Part shown: positions 42,634 to 56,296 of the stretch, piece by piece
Layout of the letters: each line of letters opens with the position of its first letter
How positions within the stretch are numbered: position 1 is the first letter of the stretch
Source: Octopus sinensis
Lineage: Eukaryota
Direction: 5' to 3'
NCBI RefSeq assembly: GCF_006345805.1
Contig: NC_043018.1
Location: 1,054,001-1,118,000, forward strand
Length of the DNA stretch: 64,000 nucleotides
The notes under the pieces: model-generated
Databases searched by the model: none
Told to the model about the DNA's origin: nothing
What the model saw: only the letters and a program-made list of their open reading frames with translations
Program-made: the position numbers and the translations under genes

Positions 42634-42945
42634 TGTGTGTGTGTGTGTGTGTGCGTGCGTGTGTGTGCGTATGTGTGTGCGTCTGTGTATACGTGTGTGT
42701 ATGTGCGTGTGTGCGTGCGTGTGTGTGCGTGTGTATGTTTGTGTGTCTGTGTTTTTCCTCCTACACAACTTGACGACCAATGCTGGTGTATTTACGTCAC
42801 CGTAACTTAGCGGCTCGGCAACAGAGAGACCGATAGAATAAGTACTATGCTTACAAAGTGTAAGTCCTGGGGTCGATTTGCTCGACTAAAGGCGGTGCTC
42901 CAGCATGGCCACAGTCAAATGTCTGAAAGAAGTAAAAGAGTAAAA
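42432..42945 (+). mobile_element. SINE family C, full length
   Basis: gcgtaggagtggctgtg...accttgggcaagtgtcttc...(TG)n...ggcggtgctccagcatggcc...gtaaaagagtaaaag. Confidence 0.9.
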
Positions 42946-43517
42946 GAATAATAATAATAATAACGCTTACTGCTGCTGAGCTATTAGTAACGGTAAAAGA
43001 CTTACTGCGGCTTCAGTTCCGAAGATATTTTATTCCATTTTCGTCATATCAACTAAGAGTACAGAGATATCTAGCGGCAATGATTTCAGTGTTATCCTTT
43101 TGTCGTTTCTCTAACCGATACACCCACAGAAGCCATATCATCTGTTGCTATAAACATCATAGATATAATCCGTAGATATATCCCGACCTGTGTAATATTC
43201 CTTTTGTTTTCAAAATTAGCGACTATATCGAAACTGCTTTCACTCTCTGTAACCCGTCCAAACTTGAGTTCTGCATGCTGGATTTATCGTGACAGATATT
43301 CTGGCCATTGTTCAGACACGATTTCAAACAACGGGGACTGTGAGCCGTAGTTATCTGCGATTCAGATAAATGTATAATAGTTAAGCTTAATGGTTTAGCT
43401 AAAGCTAACTGGGTAATGTTATACAAGGCGATGTTCTAAGTCTTCATTCAGAGGAAATGGAATGATGATGGCAACAAAGAAAAATCAATGAGAGCGAAAG
43501 CAAGGGTCAGAAAACAG

Positions 43518-43613
<96 letters not shown>

Positions 43614-43704
43614 GCGAAGGGGAAGACAGAGCGGCAAAGAGGTAAAAAGAGAGGTAAAGTGAGAAGGAAAGAGCACAAGGAGCAGAAGAAATATATATAT
43701 ACTC

Positions 43705-43946
43705 TTTTGCTTATTTGAGTCATTTTACTGCGGCCATGCTGGAGCAACGCCTTAAATCGAGCAAATCGACCCCAGAACATGCTCTGGAAGCCTAGTACTT
43801 ATTCTATCGGTCTTTTTTGCCGAACCGCTAATTTACGTGGAGGTAAACATAAGCGTCGGTTGTCAAGTGATGATGTGGCGGGGACAAACACAGACACACA
43901 AACATACAAACACGCACACACACGCACACACACACACAACACACAC

Positions 43947-43983
<37 letters not shown>

Positions 43984-44092
43984 CATGCATATATACGACG
44001 GGCTTCTTTCAGTTTCTGTCTACCAAATCCACTCACAAGGCTTTGGTCCACCCGAGGCTATTAGAAGACACGCTCAAGGTGCCACGCAGTTG
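43705..44092 (-). mobile_element. SINE family C
   Basis: Same diagnostic blocks on the minus strand. Confidence 0.85.
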
Positions 44093-44119
44093 GACTGATA
44101 TATACATGTGTGTATATAG

Positions 44120-44168
<49 letters not shown>

Positions 44169-44192
44169 TGTATTATATATATTATATATATA

Positions 44193-44415
44193 CCCGAGTA
44201 AACACATAAATGTGAAATAAGGTGGAAAAAAGAGTACTCAAATACCAGTGGTAGAATAATATGCTTTATTTAAAGCAGCAGAAAATTTAACAAAACCTGT
44301 TACTCTGAGTTTCCCGTTGCCGTTCGTCGGACAGTTTTTGCAAAACTGTCCGACGAACGGCAACGGGAAACTCAGAGTAACAGATTTTGTTGAATTGTTT
44401 GCTGCTTTAAATAAA

Positions 44416-44416
<1 letters not shown>
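44193..44416. mobile_element. Penelope-type pLTR fragment folded into a ~150-bp palindrome carrying two variant hammerheads
   Basis: 44264-44338 is the reverse complement of 44342-44416; flanked by (TA)n on both sides. Each arm reads CTGT-CCGACGA-ACG(gcaa)CGG-GAAA-C(tcaga)-GTA|ACAG. Confidence 0.7.
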
Positions 44417-44459
<43 letters not shown>

Positions 44460-44460
<1 letters not shown>

Positions 44461-46189
44461 ATTAGAGACAAAACCACTATTTGGCCAACTCAAAACAATG
44501 AAAGACTTAAACCAATACATATGATTAATTTATTTTATTTTTAAATATGTAAACAAATTATTAAAAAATATAATTAATATCCCACTACGATCGTTTTTCC
44601 TGCCTGCTGTCTTCAAATTTTTGAGTCGCAGTCATTCATCAGGTGGTTTAAAAATCTAAAATATAATCAATATTTTAAAGATATAAATAATATATATAAT
44701 CTAAAATAATAATTTACTTATAATAAACTCTATTACTCCGTATTTATTGGTTTATGTTTTAGTATTATAAATATAGTAAGTGATTTGTAGTACATATTAT
44801 AATAGTTTATTTTAGTTATTTAGGTTCTGTTTTTAATTATAGTTAGATTATAGATGGTTTTTCATTGTATTAATAAATATTTTATAACTGAATAATAAAT
44901 ATTTAATGGTTTATTGAATATTGAGTCTGGTAAGTTACAATTTTATTTATTTTATAAATTTTGTTAAATTTTTGTTATTTCTATTATAATTTCGTTAAAT
45001 TATAATTATAATTTTGTTATATTAATCTATTTGTATGTAATCTCTTTATATTTGAAATAGTTTTATTTAGTTGTCTACTTAATCCATTTTATTTAATATA
45101 GAAGTATAGATTAGTAGATTAATTTTTTAGATTTAACTTAATATTTACCTATATTATGTATTGTAGTATGATTATAGGCATTTATATATATATTTATTTA
45201 TAATATATGTGGATGTGTGTGTTTGTATATACGTGTATTTGATGATGTGTGTGTATATATATATATGTATATGCATTTATTTATTTGTATGTGTGTGGGT
45301 GTGTATATATTGGTGTAAGTGTATATATTGAGTATTGTATGTATGTACATGTATGTATGAGTGTGCATATGTGTATGGGTGTAAGTGTGTGTATATAAGT
45401 GTGTATATATGTATATGAATGTATGTGAGTATGTATGTGTATTTGTGTATGTATATGTATATGTATGTATATTTGTATATGTGTATTTGTGTATATATGT
45501 ATATGTATATGTATATGTATGGATATTTTCTTATATATTTATGTATACGTATGTATGGTTATACTACAAATTTTGATTAGTATATATAGATATGTTATAA
45601 TCACTAATTTTAGCTTATAATATAAGGGTATGCGAAATAATTTATATGTAGTGGGGTTACTATAGAAATTTATTTTTATGTATTTATTAATTCTATTAGA
45701 TTTTTAGAATATATTTAATAATAAGTGGTTTTTAATCATTTAATTTATTTTGTATTAAGTTTCATTTATCATAGTTATTTTATTAATAAATATTATAGTA
45801 TAGAGAGATTTTATTCTTTATTTGTGAATTCATTCTTTTTACAATGATAAACATATAATTTTCCATTCATAATCTTTAATTAACGTAGGTTCCTCACGCG
45901 CAAAGAATTCCTCAACAATTTATTCTATTTTTTTTTGCTAATAACGTAATTCCATGAGTATTCTTTTAAACGCTGTATAAGACGTTTTTTGATTCAAAAT
46001 TCTAGTTCATTGAACTAGAATATAAATTAATATAAATTAATCATATGTATTGGTTGAAGTCTTTCATTGTTTGATTTGCCTAATAGTGGTTTTGTCTCTA
46101 ATTTATATAATATAATATTTTACTATAAAATTGGATTCAATCCTAAATCTGATTTTTCCCTGTAAGTTTGGATTTATTCCCTAATATTT

Positions 46190-46192
<3 letters not shown>
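44460..46192. mobile_element. Non-autonomous relative of the 1-6238 PLE: inverted pLTR piece plus direct 3'UTR/pLTR
   Basis: 44462-44520 (minus) and 46044-46190 (plus) both match 462-605 (tatgtattg...aagtcttt...tagtggttttgtctc; the plus copy continues to ggatttaatcctaaatctg). Both ends abut (TA)n. No ORF. Confidence 0.8.
44582..44646 (-). ncRNA. Degenerate type I hammerhead with long stem II
   Basis: Minus strand CCAC-CTGATGA-[36-nt imperfect hairpin]-GAAAAA-C(gatc)-GTA|GTGG; same stem I as 393-435, with two extra As in GAAA. Confidence 0.6.
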
Positions 46193-46268
<76 letters not shown>

Positions 46269-46685
46269 GTATTTATATATATACACCAACCACATTTTTA
46301 TATATGCATGTATGTATATATGTGTGGATGAGTATGCTTGTGTGTATTTGCGTGTGTATATTTACACCTGCACGTGTGTCTGTGTGCTCATAAGAGACTT
46401 AACAATATTCAGTTCATACAATTTATATATTTGAATATTTGTACCGTAACAGCGACATTAAATAAATTCAATTTTTTGTAATGTATTATTAATATTAATA
46501 TCAATGTCCGATATTTGCATAGGCATACGTTTCGTAATTGGACACTTTATCAACAAATAAATAAATAAATAAATAAATGTAGCATAATAGTATTTTAGTG
46601 ACGAATCACTAAAAAGAGAGTAAAATAAAACTGTTTGAGCGGATTTATTATTGTTGGGGTTTCAATATTTGTTGGTACTTATGTG

Positions 46686-47074
46686 TGGAGGCGCAATGGC
46701 CCAGTGGTTAGGGCAGCGGATTCGCGGTCGTAGGATCGCGGTTTCGATTCCCAGACCGGGCGTTATGAATGTTTATTGAGCGAAAACACCTAAAAAAGCT
46801 TCACGAGGCTCCGGCAGGGGATGGTGGTGATCCCTGCTGTACTCTTTCGCCACAACTTTCTCTCACTCTTACTTCCTCTTTCTGTTGTACCTGTATTTCA
46901 AAGGGCCGGCCTTGTCACTCTCTGTGTCACGCTGAATATCCCCCGAGAACTACGTTAAGGGTACACGTGTCTGTGGAGTGTTCAGCCACTTACACGTTAA
47001 TTTCACGAGCAGGCTGTTCCGTTGATTCGGATCAACCGGAACCCTCATCGTCGTAACCGACGGAGTGCTTCCAA
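46686..47074 (+). mobile_element. SINE family B (tRNA-derived), full length
   Basis: Box A-like tggcccagtggttagg, box B-like ggtttcgattccc; perfect 12-bp TSD GGTACTTATGTG at 46674-46685 and 47075-47086. Confidence 0.93.
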
Positions 47075-48690
47075 GGTACTTATGTGGTGTATGGGTTGAA
47101 TATACGCGCTGTTCGTGTGGGTGTGTTTCACTGTGTTTGTAAGTATGTGAGTGCTTGCGTTTGTGCGTATACGTGTGTATATGTGTGTGCGAGTGTGCTT
47201 CCTTTGTGATTTTATATGTATGTGTTTGTGGATGTGTTTTGCGTTGTGTGTCTCTGTATGTGTTTAATGAATTTGGACGGTGTTTGCATGTTTGTGTCTC
47301 AATGTGTTTGTAATTATGTGAGTGTTTGTATTTTTGCGCATGCGTGTGTGTGCGCGTGCTTGACTGTGTGAGCGCGTGCTTGTGACTTTATATGTATGTG
47401 TTTTGTATCTGTCTGTATGTCTTTGTATGTGTGTATGAATTTGGATGTCGTTTGCGTGTTTGTGTCTCAATGCGTTTGCAATTATATGATCTTTTGCGTT
47501 CGTGTGTTAGGAGGTGTATTATTTTTCAATTGCTTCCTCTCCATCATTTAGTTCTTAATAATTATGACCATCTACCCCACCACTATATAAAAATATTTAA
47601 CTCTTGTTATAATCTATACGACCATCTACAATAGAATGATCATTTAAATTCCAAAATAATTTTAGATATTAACATTATTTATAAAATATTTATCTATACA
47701 TTTTTTCAATATATCTATCTGTATTATTATACCAATAATTATATATTATAAATAGCATTGGTTGTCAAGCGATACCGGGGGAACAGACATACACGTATAA
47801 ATACGTAGATATATACATACACACACGTATACAATGGTCTTCTTTCAGTTTCCACCTGCCAAATCCGTTCATGTGCGCATACATATGTATGTATACAACG
47901 GGCTCCTTTCACAAGGCTTTGGTCGGACGGAGGCTAAAGTAGAAGACACTTGCCCAAAATGCCACGCAGAAGGACTGGGCGGAAAGCAAGCCTCTTACCT
48001 CACAGCCTGTGCCTATAATTCGTTTTCGTTTACAGTGTGTTGTAACCCGATCCATTAAAGGTGCATTGCGCATTAAATGTATCTATGTGTTTGTCTATAA
48101 ACATACACGCACATCTATAAACCTTGTGCGCATTATGAGTTTCCACGATATCCATTCAATAGAATTTATATCTTTGTATACATACGCGTTATGATTATAG
48201 ACATTAAAGAGCAGCATTTGTATTTGATATTTAGTTTTACATGTCTCTGTGTTCGTTGACCTCCGTAGAATGTCGACATTTCATGAATATAATACGTTTA
48301 TGCCATTGTTTCATTGAAATTATAAACAAATATTTCAATAGAATTTTGTTTCTGACTGTGTTACCGATGTTTTTTTGAAGATTTACAAATTTCCGCTGAA
48401 CAGGAATTCGCTGTTGAAATGATATGCTATCGTTATATCATAACAGTAATATTAAGTCTTTGTCTTACTCGCACATATATATCATGTAATTTTAGATTAT
48501 CCATACGTACACACACACACCAGTACACGCACACATTCATGCTGTATATATACGATAACCATCGGACTACTGGATGTCTATTTGTCAAACTAAATCTATC
48601 TCTCAGTCTGATTATTTTTTGTCTTTCTGCTTGTGTGTCTCTCTACATCCCTCTCTAACACCCTCCCTCCCTCATTTTTTCTCTCTCTCA

Positions 48691-48726
<36 letters not shown>

Positions 48727-48749
48727 ATACATATATATATTTCTTCATA

Positions 48750-48965
48750 CACAAGGGGCTAAACACAGAGGGAACAAACAAGGACAAACAAACGGATAAA
48801 GTCGATTATAGCGACCCCAGTACATAACTGGTACTTAATTCATCGACCCCGAAATGATGAAAGGCAAAGTCGACCTCGGCGGAATTTGAACTCAGAACGT
48901 AGCGACGGGCGAAATACCGCTAAACATTTCGCCCGGCGTGCTAACGTTTCTGCCAGCTCGCCGCC
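48750..48965 (-). mobile_element. SINE family A, full length
   Basis: cacaaggggctaaacacagaggg...gccagctcgccgcc. Confidence 0.9.
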
Positions 48966-49689
48966 TATCTATGCATATATAGACGCAGGTGTGCTTGTGT
49001 GGTAAGAAGCTTGCTTTTCAACCACATGATTCCCGGTTCAGTCCCACTGCGTGTCTCTTCGCCAAGTGTCTTCAACCTTTTACTGTAATGTCTTCCGACT
49101 ACAGAGCTGTTGTGCAACAGACCAACGAATTATCACACGCCTGTCTTGGATTCAATAGATTTAATTTGCTAGGAATTCGTTACAGTCGCCTTAGTCGAGG
49201 CCCTCCATTGAGACAGTCCTCGTTTAATCTTCATTAGCCTTCAATTATCTGCGCACAATATTCGTACCAGGAGTGTCATATCCGTGAACAAAGTATAACT
49301 TTCTCTGGATGATTGATGACTGCATCCCACTCATCATTTAAGAATACTACGGTTGCACCTGTTTTCTGCTCGTAATCCATTCTTTACCGCCTTGGAAAAT
49401 AGGAAGAAAAGTTATGCAGGAGGAGTGTTACTCTATCATCAGACACCATTTGAATGATGTGTATCAATCAGTAATAAACACATGCCCGCTTCTGCGTTAT
49501 ATTCGATACTATTCTTGAATGTGTGTCTTTCTATATGTACGAAGATGTACGTACGTGCGTATGTATGTAAGAAGATGTACGTATGTATGGATGGATGGAT
49601 GGAGATATATATGTGTGTACATATGCACTTATGTATGTATGTATCTGTCTAGCTCTATTCCTCTCTTTCTCACACTGTGTGTATACTCT

Positions 49690-49904
49690 TTTACTCTTTT
49701 ACTCTTTTACTTGTTTCAGTCATTTGACTGCGGCCATGCTGGAGCACCGCCTTTAGTCGAGCAAATCGACCCCGGAACTTATTCTTTGTAAGCCCAGTAC
49801 TTATTCTATCGGTCTCTTTTGCCGAACCGCTAAGTGACAGGGACGTAAACAGACCAGCATCGGTTGTCAGGCAATGCTAGGGGGACAAACACAGACACAC
49901 AAAC

Positions 49905-49937
<33 letters not shown>

Positions 49938-50106
49938 CATATATACGACAGGCTTCTTTCAGTTTCCGTCTACCAAATCCACTCACAAGGCATTGGTCGG
50001 CCCGGGGCTATAGCAGAAGACACTTGCCCAAGATGCCACGCAGTGGGACTGAACCCGGAACCATGTGGTTGGTTAGCAAGCTACTTACCACACAGCCACT
50101 CCTGCG
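49690..50106 (-). mobile_element. SINE family C, full length, little diverged
   Basis: ctcttttactcttttacttgtttcagtc...ctacttaccacacagccactcctgcg. Confidence 0.92.
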
Positions 50107-51959
50107 CCTATATTTATATATAGCTAATGTATTTTCAAATTTGTTAATTTACAATCACTCGGTCTATAGACAGTCATCTTGGGTGTATGATGACATTTCT
50201 TAATATGAGATAGCGCGCTGACGTAATTGTTTCATTAAAATATCCTTGATGTGTTGCGATTTAAGAGCGATAGGTCTCAATTTTAAAGACACGCTTGTCA
50301 TGAGAGTAGACGAATGTGCTTTCATATTTATAAGTGTTTGCCATAAGACTAGGTCCTAAATTATCAATATGGACGATGTTACTGTAAATATAAGGCGTCG
50401 AGATAGGGTATCCGTTACCACGCCGGACAAAATGCTTAGCGATATTTCTTCCGGGAGGCTTCGACTTTCAAAATTTCGGAATCAATAAAATAAGTACTAC
50501 GTGAATACTGGGATCCATACAATCGACTAACTCCACAAATTTCAATATTTCTGTTGAACGTAGAAAGAAACTGCAGACCTATTAACTCAACAAATTATTA
50601 AGCAGAAATGCATACTAAATATATTATGCATTTCAATAAACTGTAGGATATGCGCCAGAATATAAGATGATTAACAAAAGCCATTGAAACTGCACAAGTG
50701 TCGCTATCTAGTGGTTTAACACTAGCGAAGCGTAACCATATTTTAGATTAAAATATTACTGATTTCATTTCATGATAATTCGTGTGATATAAATTATAAT
50801 CTACTTGATATTCGCAATCAAAGTTTGTATTAAATTTCTAGGTAATATTTATTTTCCTGGAATGTATTGATAATCCATTTGTCACCGACAACTTCAGACA
50901 ATAAAATTCTACAATTTAATCTCTGGACATACGAATAAGTCTCAAATCTCAAAGTTTTCAGGCACGGTGTGAACGTTTCAGCTTTCTTGTTCAATATGAA
51001 GTAGTATCATTCGTTTCATTTGCATGAACGCTCTGCTTTATTGACTAGCTGTTTTCTAATTTATCTTTCCCAGTCGAACGTATTCAAACAGAATCTTCTT
51101 TGTCTAATTACTTCTGCATCTAAAGAAAATGGCTGCGCTGTGTGCATCTTGATTTAAAATTATTCTCGTTGAACTCAATGTATATATTTCTGTTGTTTGA
51201 ATGTTTCTATTTCTGCTGTCCTTATATTTTTTATTTTTTTGTTGTTGTAGGCAGGCAGGCATATTCTTGCTCGAATATTATCTAAACAGATTTCCATGTT
51301 GTATTCTGGTTTAGTGGGGTTTTTAATATAATCTTTATAAATTCTATTTTCAGTTTACATAAGAAAACATAGAAGTTCTGATGATAAACGAGTGTCAGAT
51401 GTAATAATCCCTGACAAATCTTCCTAAACACACTTCAAGGATATATTATCCTTCTTCGAATACTGAAGTAACATGTTCGTGAGTGCTACTTCATCGAGAA
51501 AAACAGTTCAGTAGATAGCAATAGCGACATCCGTTTACGATTAACAATAAGTAAGAAAAAATCAACAACTAAAAAAATCCACGGCGTTTCCACGGAAACA
51601 CAAGCAATATATTAGCAAAGGTAACACTACACGATGTTAGCTTCGTATCTCAGGAACAGTGTCGTCTCATCTTAACTTCTTTGCCCACTGATTATTGAGA
51701 AGGTTTGGGGGAGCGGACTCGTTGAGCGCGCATTCCATCAGATCCTGTCAGATGCTACTGTCTCCAATTGATTTGCGTGGATCCCTAGGAGAGGCCAACC
51801 GAACAGAGAAGCAGTGTAGCACCATCAACGCAGCAAGATTTCGACCAAAATGTGTCTTCCAATATGTATCTGTCGATAAAAAATTCCTCCCTGAGAACTA
51901 TGTTACACGTTTACCTGTTTCTGGAGTACTCAAATACTATCATCCTATATATATATATA

Positions 51960-52165
51960 TCTTTATATATAAAAGAGAAGTTGTGTGTCTGTCTCCTACG
52001 ATTTAGATTCCTAACTACTCCCACATTTTGCGGTGCAGTTTAACCAAAACCGGGTATCTTATAGTCGTGATTCATATCGAGCCCTTCTGGGTATTACCGC
52101 GCGTCTACGATGAGTCTACGATTTAAAAAAAAATTTACCATCATTTTTTTCCATTTTAATGCATT
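51960..52165 (+). mobile_element. Non-autonomous Helitron-like 5' fragment fused to a SINE A tail
   Basis: Near-identical to 20975-21156; followed by aatcgacttaatccgtttgtc...gggtagtaaagaaatagg (to ~52240). Confidence 0.55.
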
Positions 52166-52904
52166 TTAATCGACTTAATCCGTTTGTCTGTCCTTGTTTG
52201 TCTCCTCTGTGTTTAGCCCCTTGTGGGTAGTAAAGAAATAGGCATTTACACCACTGTCAAAAGCGAGAAATTTTCTCCATGACTAAAAGCAACAAATGGC
52301 TTGTTTATTAAACCAAACCTACTTCAAGTATATTTTACCTGATAATAACATAATATATATATATATATGTGTGTGTGTATAGGTGAGTTAAATTAGGTTA
52401 TAACAACCGTCTAAGGGATAAATATATCCAGTGAATTAACTTGTGTATTACCTATATGTGATTATGGGTATTAGAATTAATGCTCATAAATGATAGGCAA
52501 TGTAAAGAATAAACCGAAGTTTATCTATATTTAAGGAAAATAAGAATATGGAGATAAAAATGATAATTGATAAACATCAATTATCATTTACTGATTGTAA
52601 AACATACATTTATCACATCTGCCATCTGTTTCTGTTGTTGATATTGAGGACAAAATGTGGCTTAATTACTACAATAACAATTATCATTGTAAATAATTAA
52701 TTATACCAACATAAGTAGTGGAACTTCATCAGCGGAAAAGCGAAAAAGAAAAGAAAAAAGAGAAAGTAAGGATGTGTCGCTTGATGTAATATTCTATACC
52801 TCTGAACACCTTCTGACCGCCTCAGTCGAAGGGATACCTTGTCAGATAAGTTAATGTCGTTTTCTATAATCAATAAATGCTAATTGACGTTTATAAATTA
52901 TATC

Positions 52905-53232
52905 TCCATGGCTCAGTGGTTAAAGTGTCGAGCTTACGATCGTGAGGTTGTGAGCTCGAATCCCGGACCGGGCTGCGTGTTGTCTTCTTGAACAAGACGC
53001 TTAATTTCACGTTGCTCCAGTTCACTCAACTGTAGAAATGAGTTGCGACGTCACAGGTGCCAAGCTGTATCGGCCCCTTTGCATTTCCCTTGGATAACAC
53101 TGGTGGCGTGGAGAGAGGAGGCCGGTATTCATGGGCGACTGCTGATCTTTCATAAGCAACCTTGCCCGGACTTGTGACTGGGAGGGTAACTTTCTAGGTT
53201 CAATCCCATGGTCTGTGTCGTGACCGAAGAGG
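52905..53232 (+). mobile_element. SINE family D (tRNA-derived, CORE-like)
   Basis: ccatggctcagtggttaaagtgtcg...gagctcgaatccc...cttgaacaag; second copy at 60973-61290. Confidence 0.88.
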
Positions 53233-53249
53233 GTTCTCAGCATTTTATT

Positions 53250-53532
53250 TACCTTATATATACATACACACATATATACATATACACATATATACATATT
53301 CATATATATATACATATATATGTATATACATATATATATATATACATATATATACATATATATATATATACATATATACATACACATATATACATACTAT
53401 ATATAATACACATATATACACACATATACATATATACACACATTTGCAATATACACATATACAAATATAACATATATATACATATATAACACATATATAC
53501 ATATACATACATACATATATAAATTATATATA

Positions 53533-53575
<43 letters not shown>

Positions 53576-53630
53576 ATAATATAACACACAATACACATAT
53601 ATATATATATATATATATATATCACACACA
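53250..53630. repeat. (TA)n/(TACA)n microsatellite field
   Basis: Direct reading. Confidence 0.95.
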
Positions 53631-53679
53631 TACACTGACTTTAAGAGTATCGCGAAAGGTCAGGATGGAGACCCAAATT

Positions 53680-53830
53680 TCCTTGTTCTTTGAGGTGGCT
53701 TAGAAAAACTGAAGGACCGCTGCAATAAGTTTGTGAATCTGAGAAGGAAATATGTTGAATAATTTCCTAATAAACCGATCCTTTGTATTTTCTTTAACCC
53801 AAAGCCAGGAATTTCCGACACCCCTTTGTG
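53680..53830 (+). mobile_element. mariner-like transposon 3' end
   Basis: GGLEKLKDRCNKFVNLRRKYVE* resembles the mariner C-terminus (GIxKLxxRWxKCxxxxGxYVE), followed by a TIR-like end ccaggaatttccgacacccctttgtgTA. Confidence 0.6.
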
Positions 53831-54374
53831 TATATATAAATATGTACGAACGATAAATGATATCTCTATACACACACACACACAGCTATGTTCTATTTTT
53901 ACATTGGCTGCTCATATACGATCAACTCTCTTTGTCCTATCATTCTGCGAATTAATTTCTCATCACAAATTTCTTTGACAAATTCACCGAGTCGCATTCC
54001 TGTTTCCTTGCTAACTACACGGTCACAGTAAAGGTTGCATGCACAAAGCATTTTCACAAAAACCATTGAATCATAGAATAAAACGATTTCTCTTTGTTTG
54101 CAGCGAGCGGTATATGAACTATACTGCCAATTCAAGTTTAACAAGTACCTTGCTTAATGATTTTCGGTTTTCTTCTTTTTAACATTTTCATCGTTTCTTT
54201 TATTGCCATCACATTTTATTTCAATGTATTAAGTCTTGTATTGTAATCTCATTTACCCGTATTTTATTGTCATCAGTTCTTTTATCAGTTAAGTTATTAC
54301 CATCTCTTCGTATATCATTTAAATATTTTATCAATAATTTTATTGCCATCCTTTATTTGCTATGTTAAATATGT

Positions 54375-54460
54375 ATGTGTATACACAGAGATGCTTACAC
54401 CTTTCCCCTTGCCCTCTTTCCTAAAACTGGCATTCTTTGGAACTCATTACTGGAAAGGGT
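54375..54460 (+). pseudogene. Possible CR1/L2-like LINE 3' ORF fragment
   Basis: AYTFPLALFPKTGILWNSL resembles the SFFPRTxxLWNxL C-terminal motif. Confidence 0.35.
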
Positions 54461-54538
54461 AAATTTATCTACGCCTTTCTTTTCTCCCTCTCTCAATGTT
54501 TATTTATGTATATATGTATATATATTGAGAGAGAAAGT

Positions 54539-54590
<52 letters not shown>

Positions 54591-55444
54591 TCTTTCTCTC
54601 TCTCCATATATTTATATATATGTACGTACACATAGATATACATACGTGTATATACATTTAATATGTGTGTATGCGCGTTTGTTTGTGTTGGTGCTAGTGT
54701 GAATAAATACGAAAGCGGGTGTGTGTATTTGATACGAGGACATCCACTGAACAACAAATATAAATTTGAATATTTGTACCATAACACCAGACATTAAATA
54801 AAATGATTTGTAATATTTTTGCATATCAATATCCAATAATTTTCTTTGACCTAATTTTATCATCGACATTTTATGAAACATCAATGATAATACTATTGTG
54901 TTTGGGAAACTCTAAAATGACTGAATGGATTATAGAGTTTTCTTTGTACTGTTTTTGTTATTTGTGAGTATATACTTTTATTCATTGTGTGTATGTAGTA
55001 GGAGTTCTCATATTTAGAAAATCTATGAATAAACAGGAATTAAGCAGAGAAAAATCTATGTTGGGAATATTTCTGTATTCATTGTTAGATCAGATCTTAC
55101 ATGCAGTAACAATAGAATTAAGTATATCAACATTAAGAATAATTAGAAAAATATGGAATTGATGAAGTAAGATGATTGTATACAACCTGAGATATTTACA
55201 GGTATTTATACACCCATAGATACTAACACACGCAATTACATGCACATGATCATTCTCCTTTACATATTCTGCGTCTAAAAGGCATGCACTTACACACGGT
55301 CACACACTTTTGTGTATATATATATATAAAAACAAATTTTGAGGATGCAATCTCGTAAGAGGAGAATGTTCCTCAATATATATGCGTAAACACCGTAATA
55401 CATATCTATTACATTTTCTTCTCATCTATTACATTGTTCTTTCT

Positions 55445-55445
55445 T

Positions 55446-55480
<35 letters not shown>

Positions 55481-55550
55481 CATATATAGATATATATATA
55501 TATATATATATATATAGATATATATATATTATATATATATATATATATAT

Positions 55551-55590
<40 letters not shown>

Positions 55591-55597
55591 ATATTAT

Positions 55598-55639
<42 letters not shown>

Positions 55640-55651
55640 GATATATAATAT

Positions 55652-55718
<67 letters not shown>
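55445..55718. repeat. (CA)n(TA)n microsatellite
   Basis: Direct reading. Confidence 0.97.
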
Positions 55719-56296
55719 CAGGGTGGGTGGATGAATTACCGTGTATAAATACGCAAAACTGAAAATATCACTGACATCTCATTTTAGCATATATTCACCA
55801 AGACTACATAAAAATATCTTGAAATACCAAAGTAAATAACATCGCCATTGGCTTGACCCACGGCCTCCAGAGGTCTTCGGAATCTCCTGCAACTCTTCTG
55901 GAGGTTTCCTTGTTTAAGTTAGTGAATGCTGTCATAGTCGTTGCCTTAGGTTCATCTTTGCTGTTACAAAGAGTGTTCTTGGTCAGTCATTAAAATGCGC
56001 CCGCATATAATAATCAAATGGGTTGTGCAGTCTAGGGAGTTAGTTGTCCAGATGTTATGGGTGATGTGGTTGCAGAAATTGTCTCACAGCCATGACTGTG
56101 TTCTCCTGCTTAGGTGGCATGGTGCAGACCCCTGTTGCCAGACATAGGGTCTTCGAGTAGCCACCCTCTTGACCCAGGGCAGCACTGCCTCCTCCAGGCA
56201 CTTGATGTAGGCCTCCGTGTTGAGTGGGAGACCGTGTGGAAAAAGGAACAGAGACATAACTAGTGACCACTCCAAACACCATGATGTTGACAGGAT
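55719..56296 (-). mobile_element. maT/DD37D-like transposon 3' half with right TIR
   Basis: End TA-CAGGGTGGGTGGATGAATTACCG resembles the TIR at 12028. Translation FPHGLPLNTEAYIKCLEEAVLPWVKRVATRRPYVWQQGSAPCHLSRRTQSWL; related to 11244-12028. Confidence 0.85.

Noticed and set aside
45960-46025. Hairpins at the position where a pLTR hammerhead is expected
   Set aside because: No CUGANGA/GAAA core on either strand.
46686-46760. tRNA genes
   Set aside because: The tRNA-like sequences are SINE heads that continue into SINE bodies with TSDs; no complete cloverleaf was seen.
51695-52006. 103-aa ORF, or a minus-strand RTE-like LETVASDR fragment
   Set aside because: The ORF runs into a microsatellite and a Helitron-like end; the RTE resemblance is too short to support.
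53899-54144. 81-aa minus-strand ORF as a host exon
   Set aside because: No recognisable motif and ambiguous splice signals; compatible with chance.
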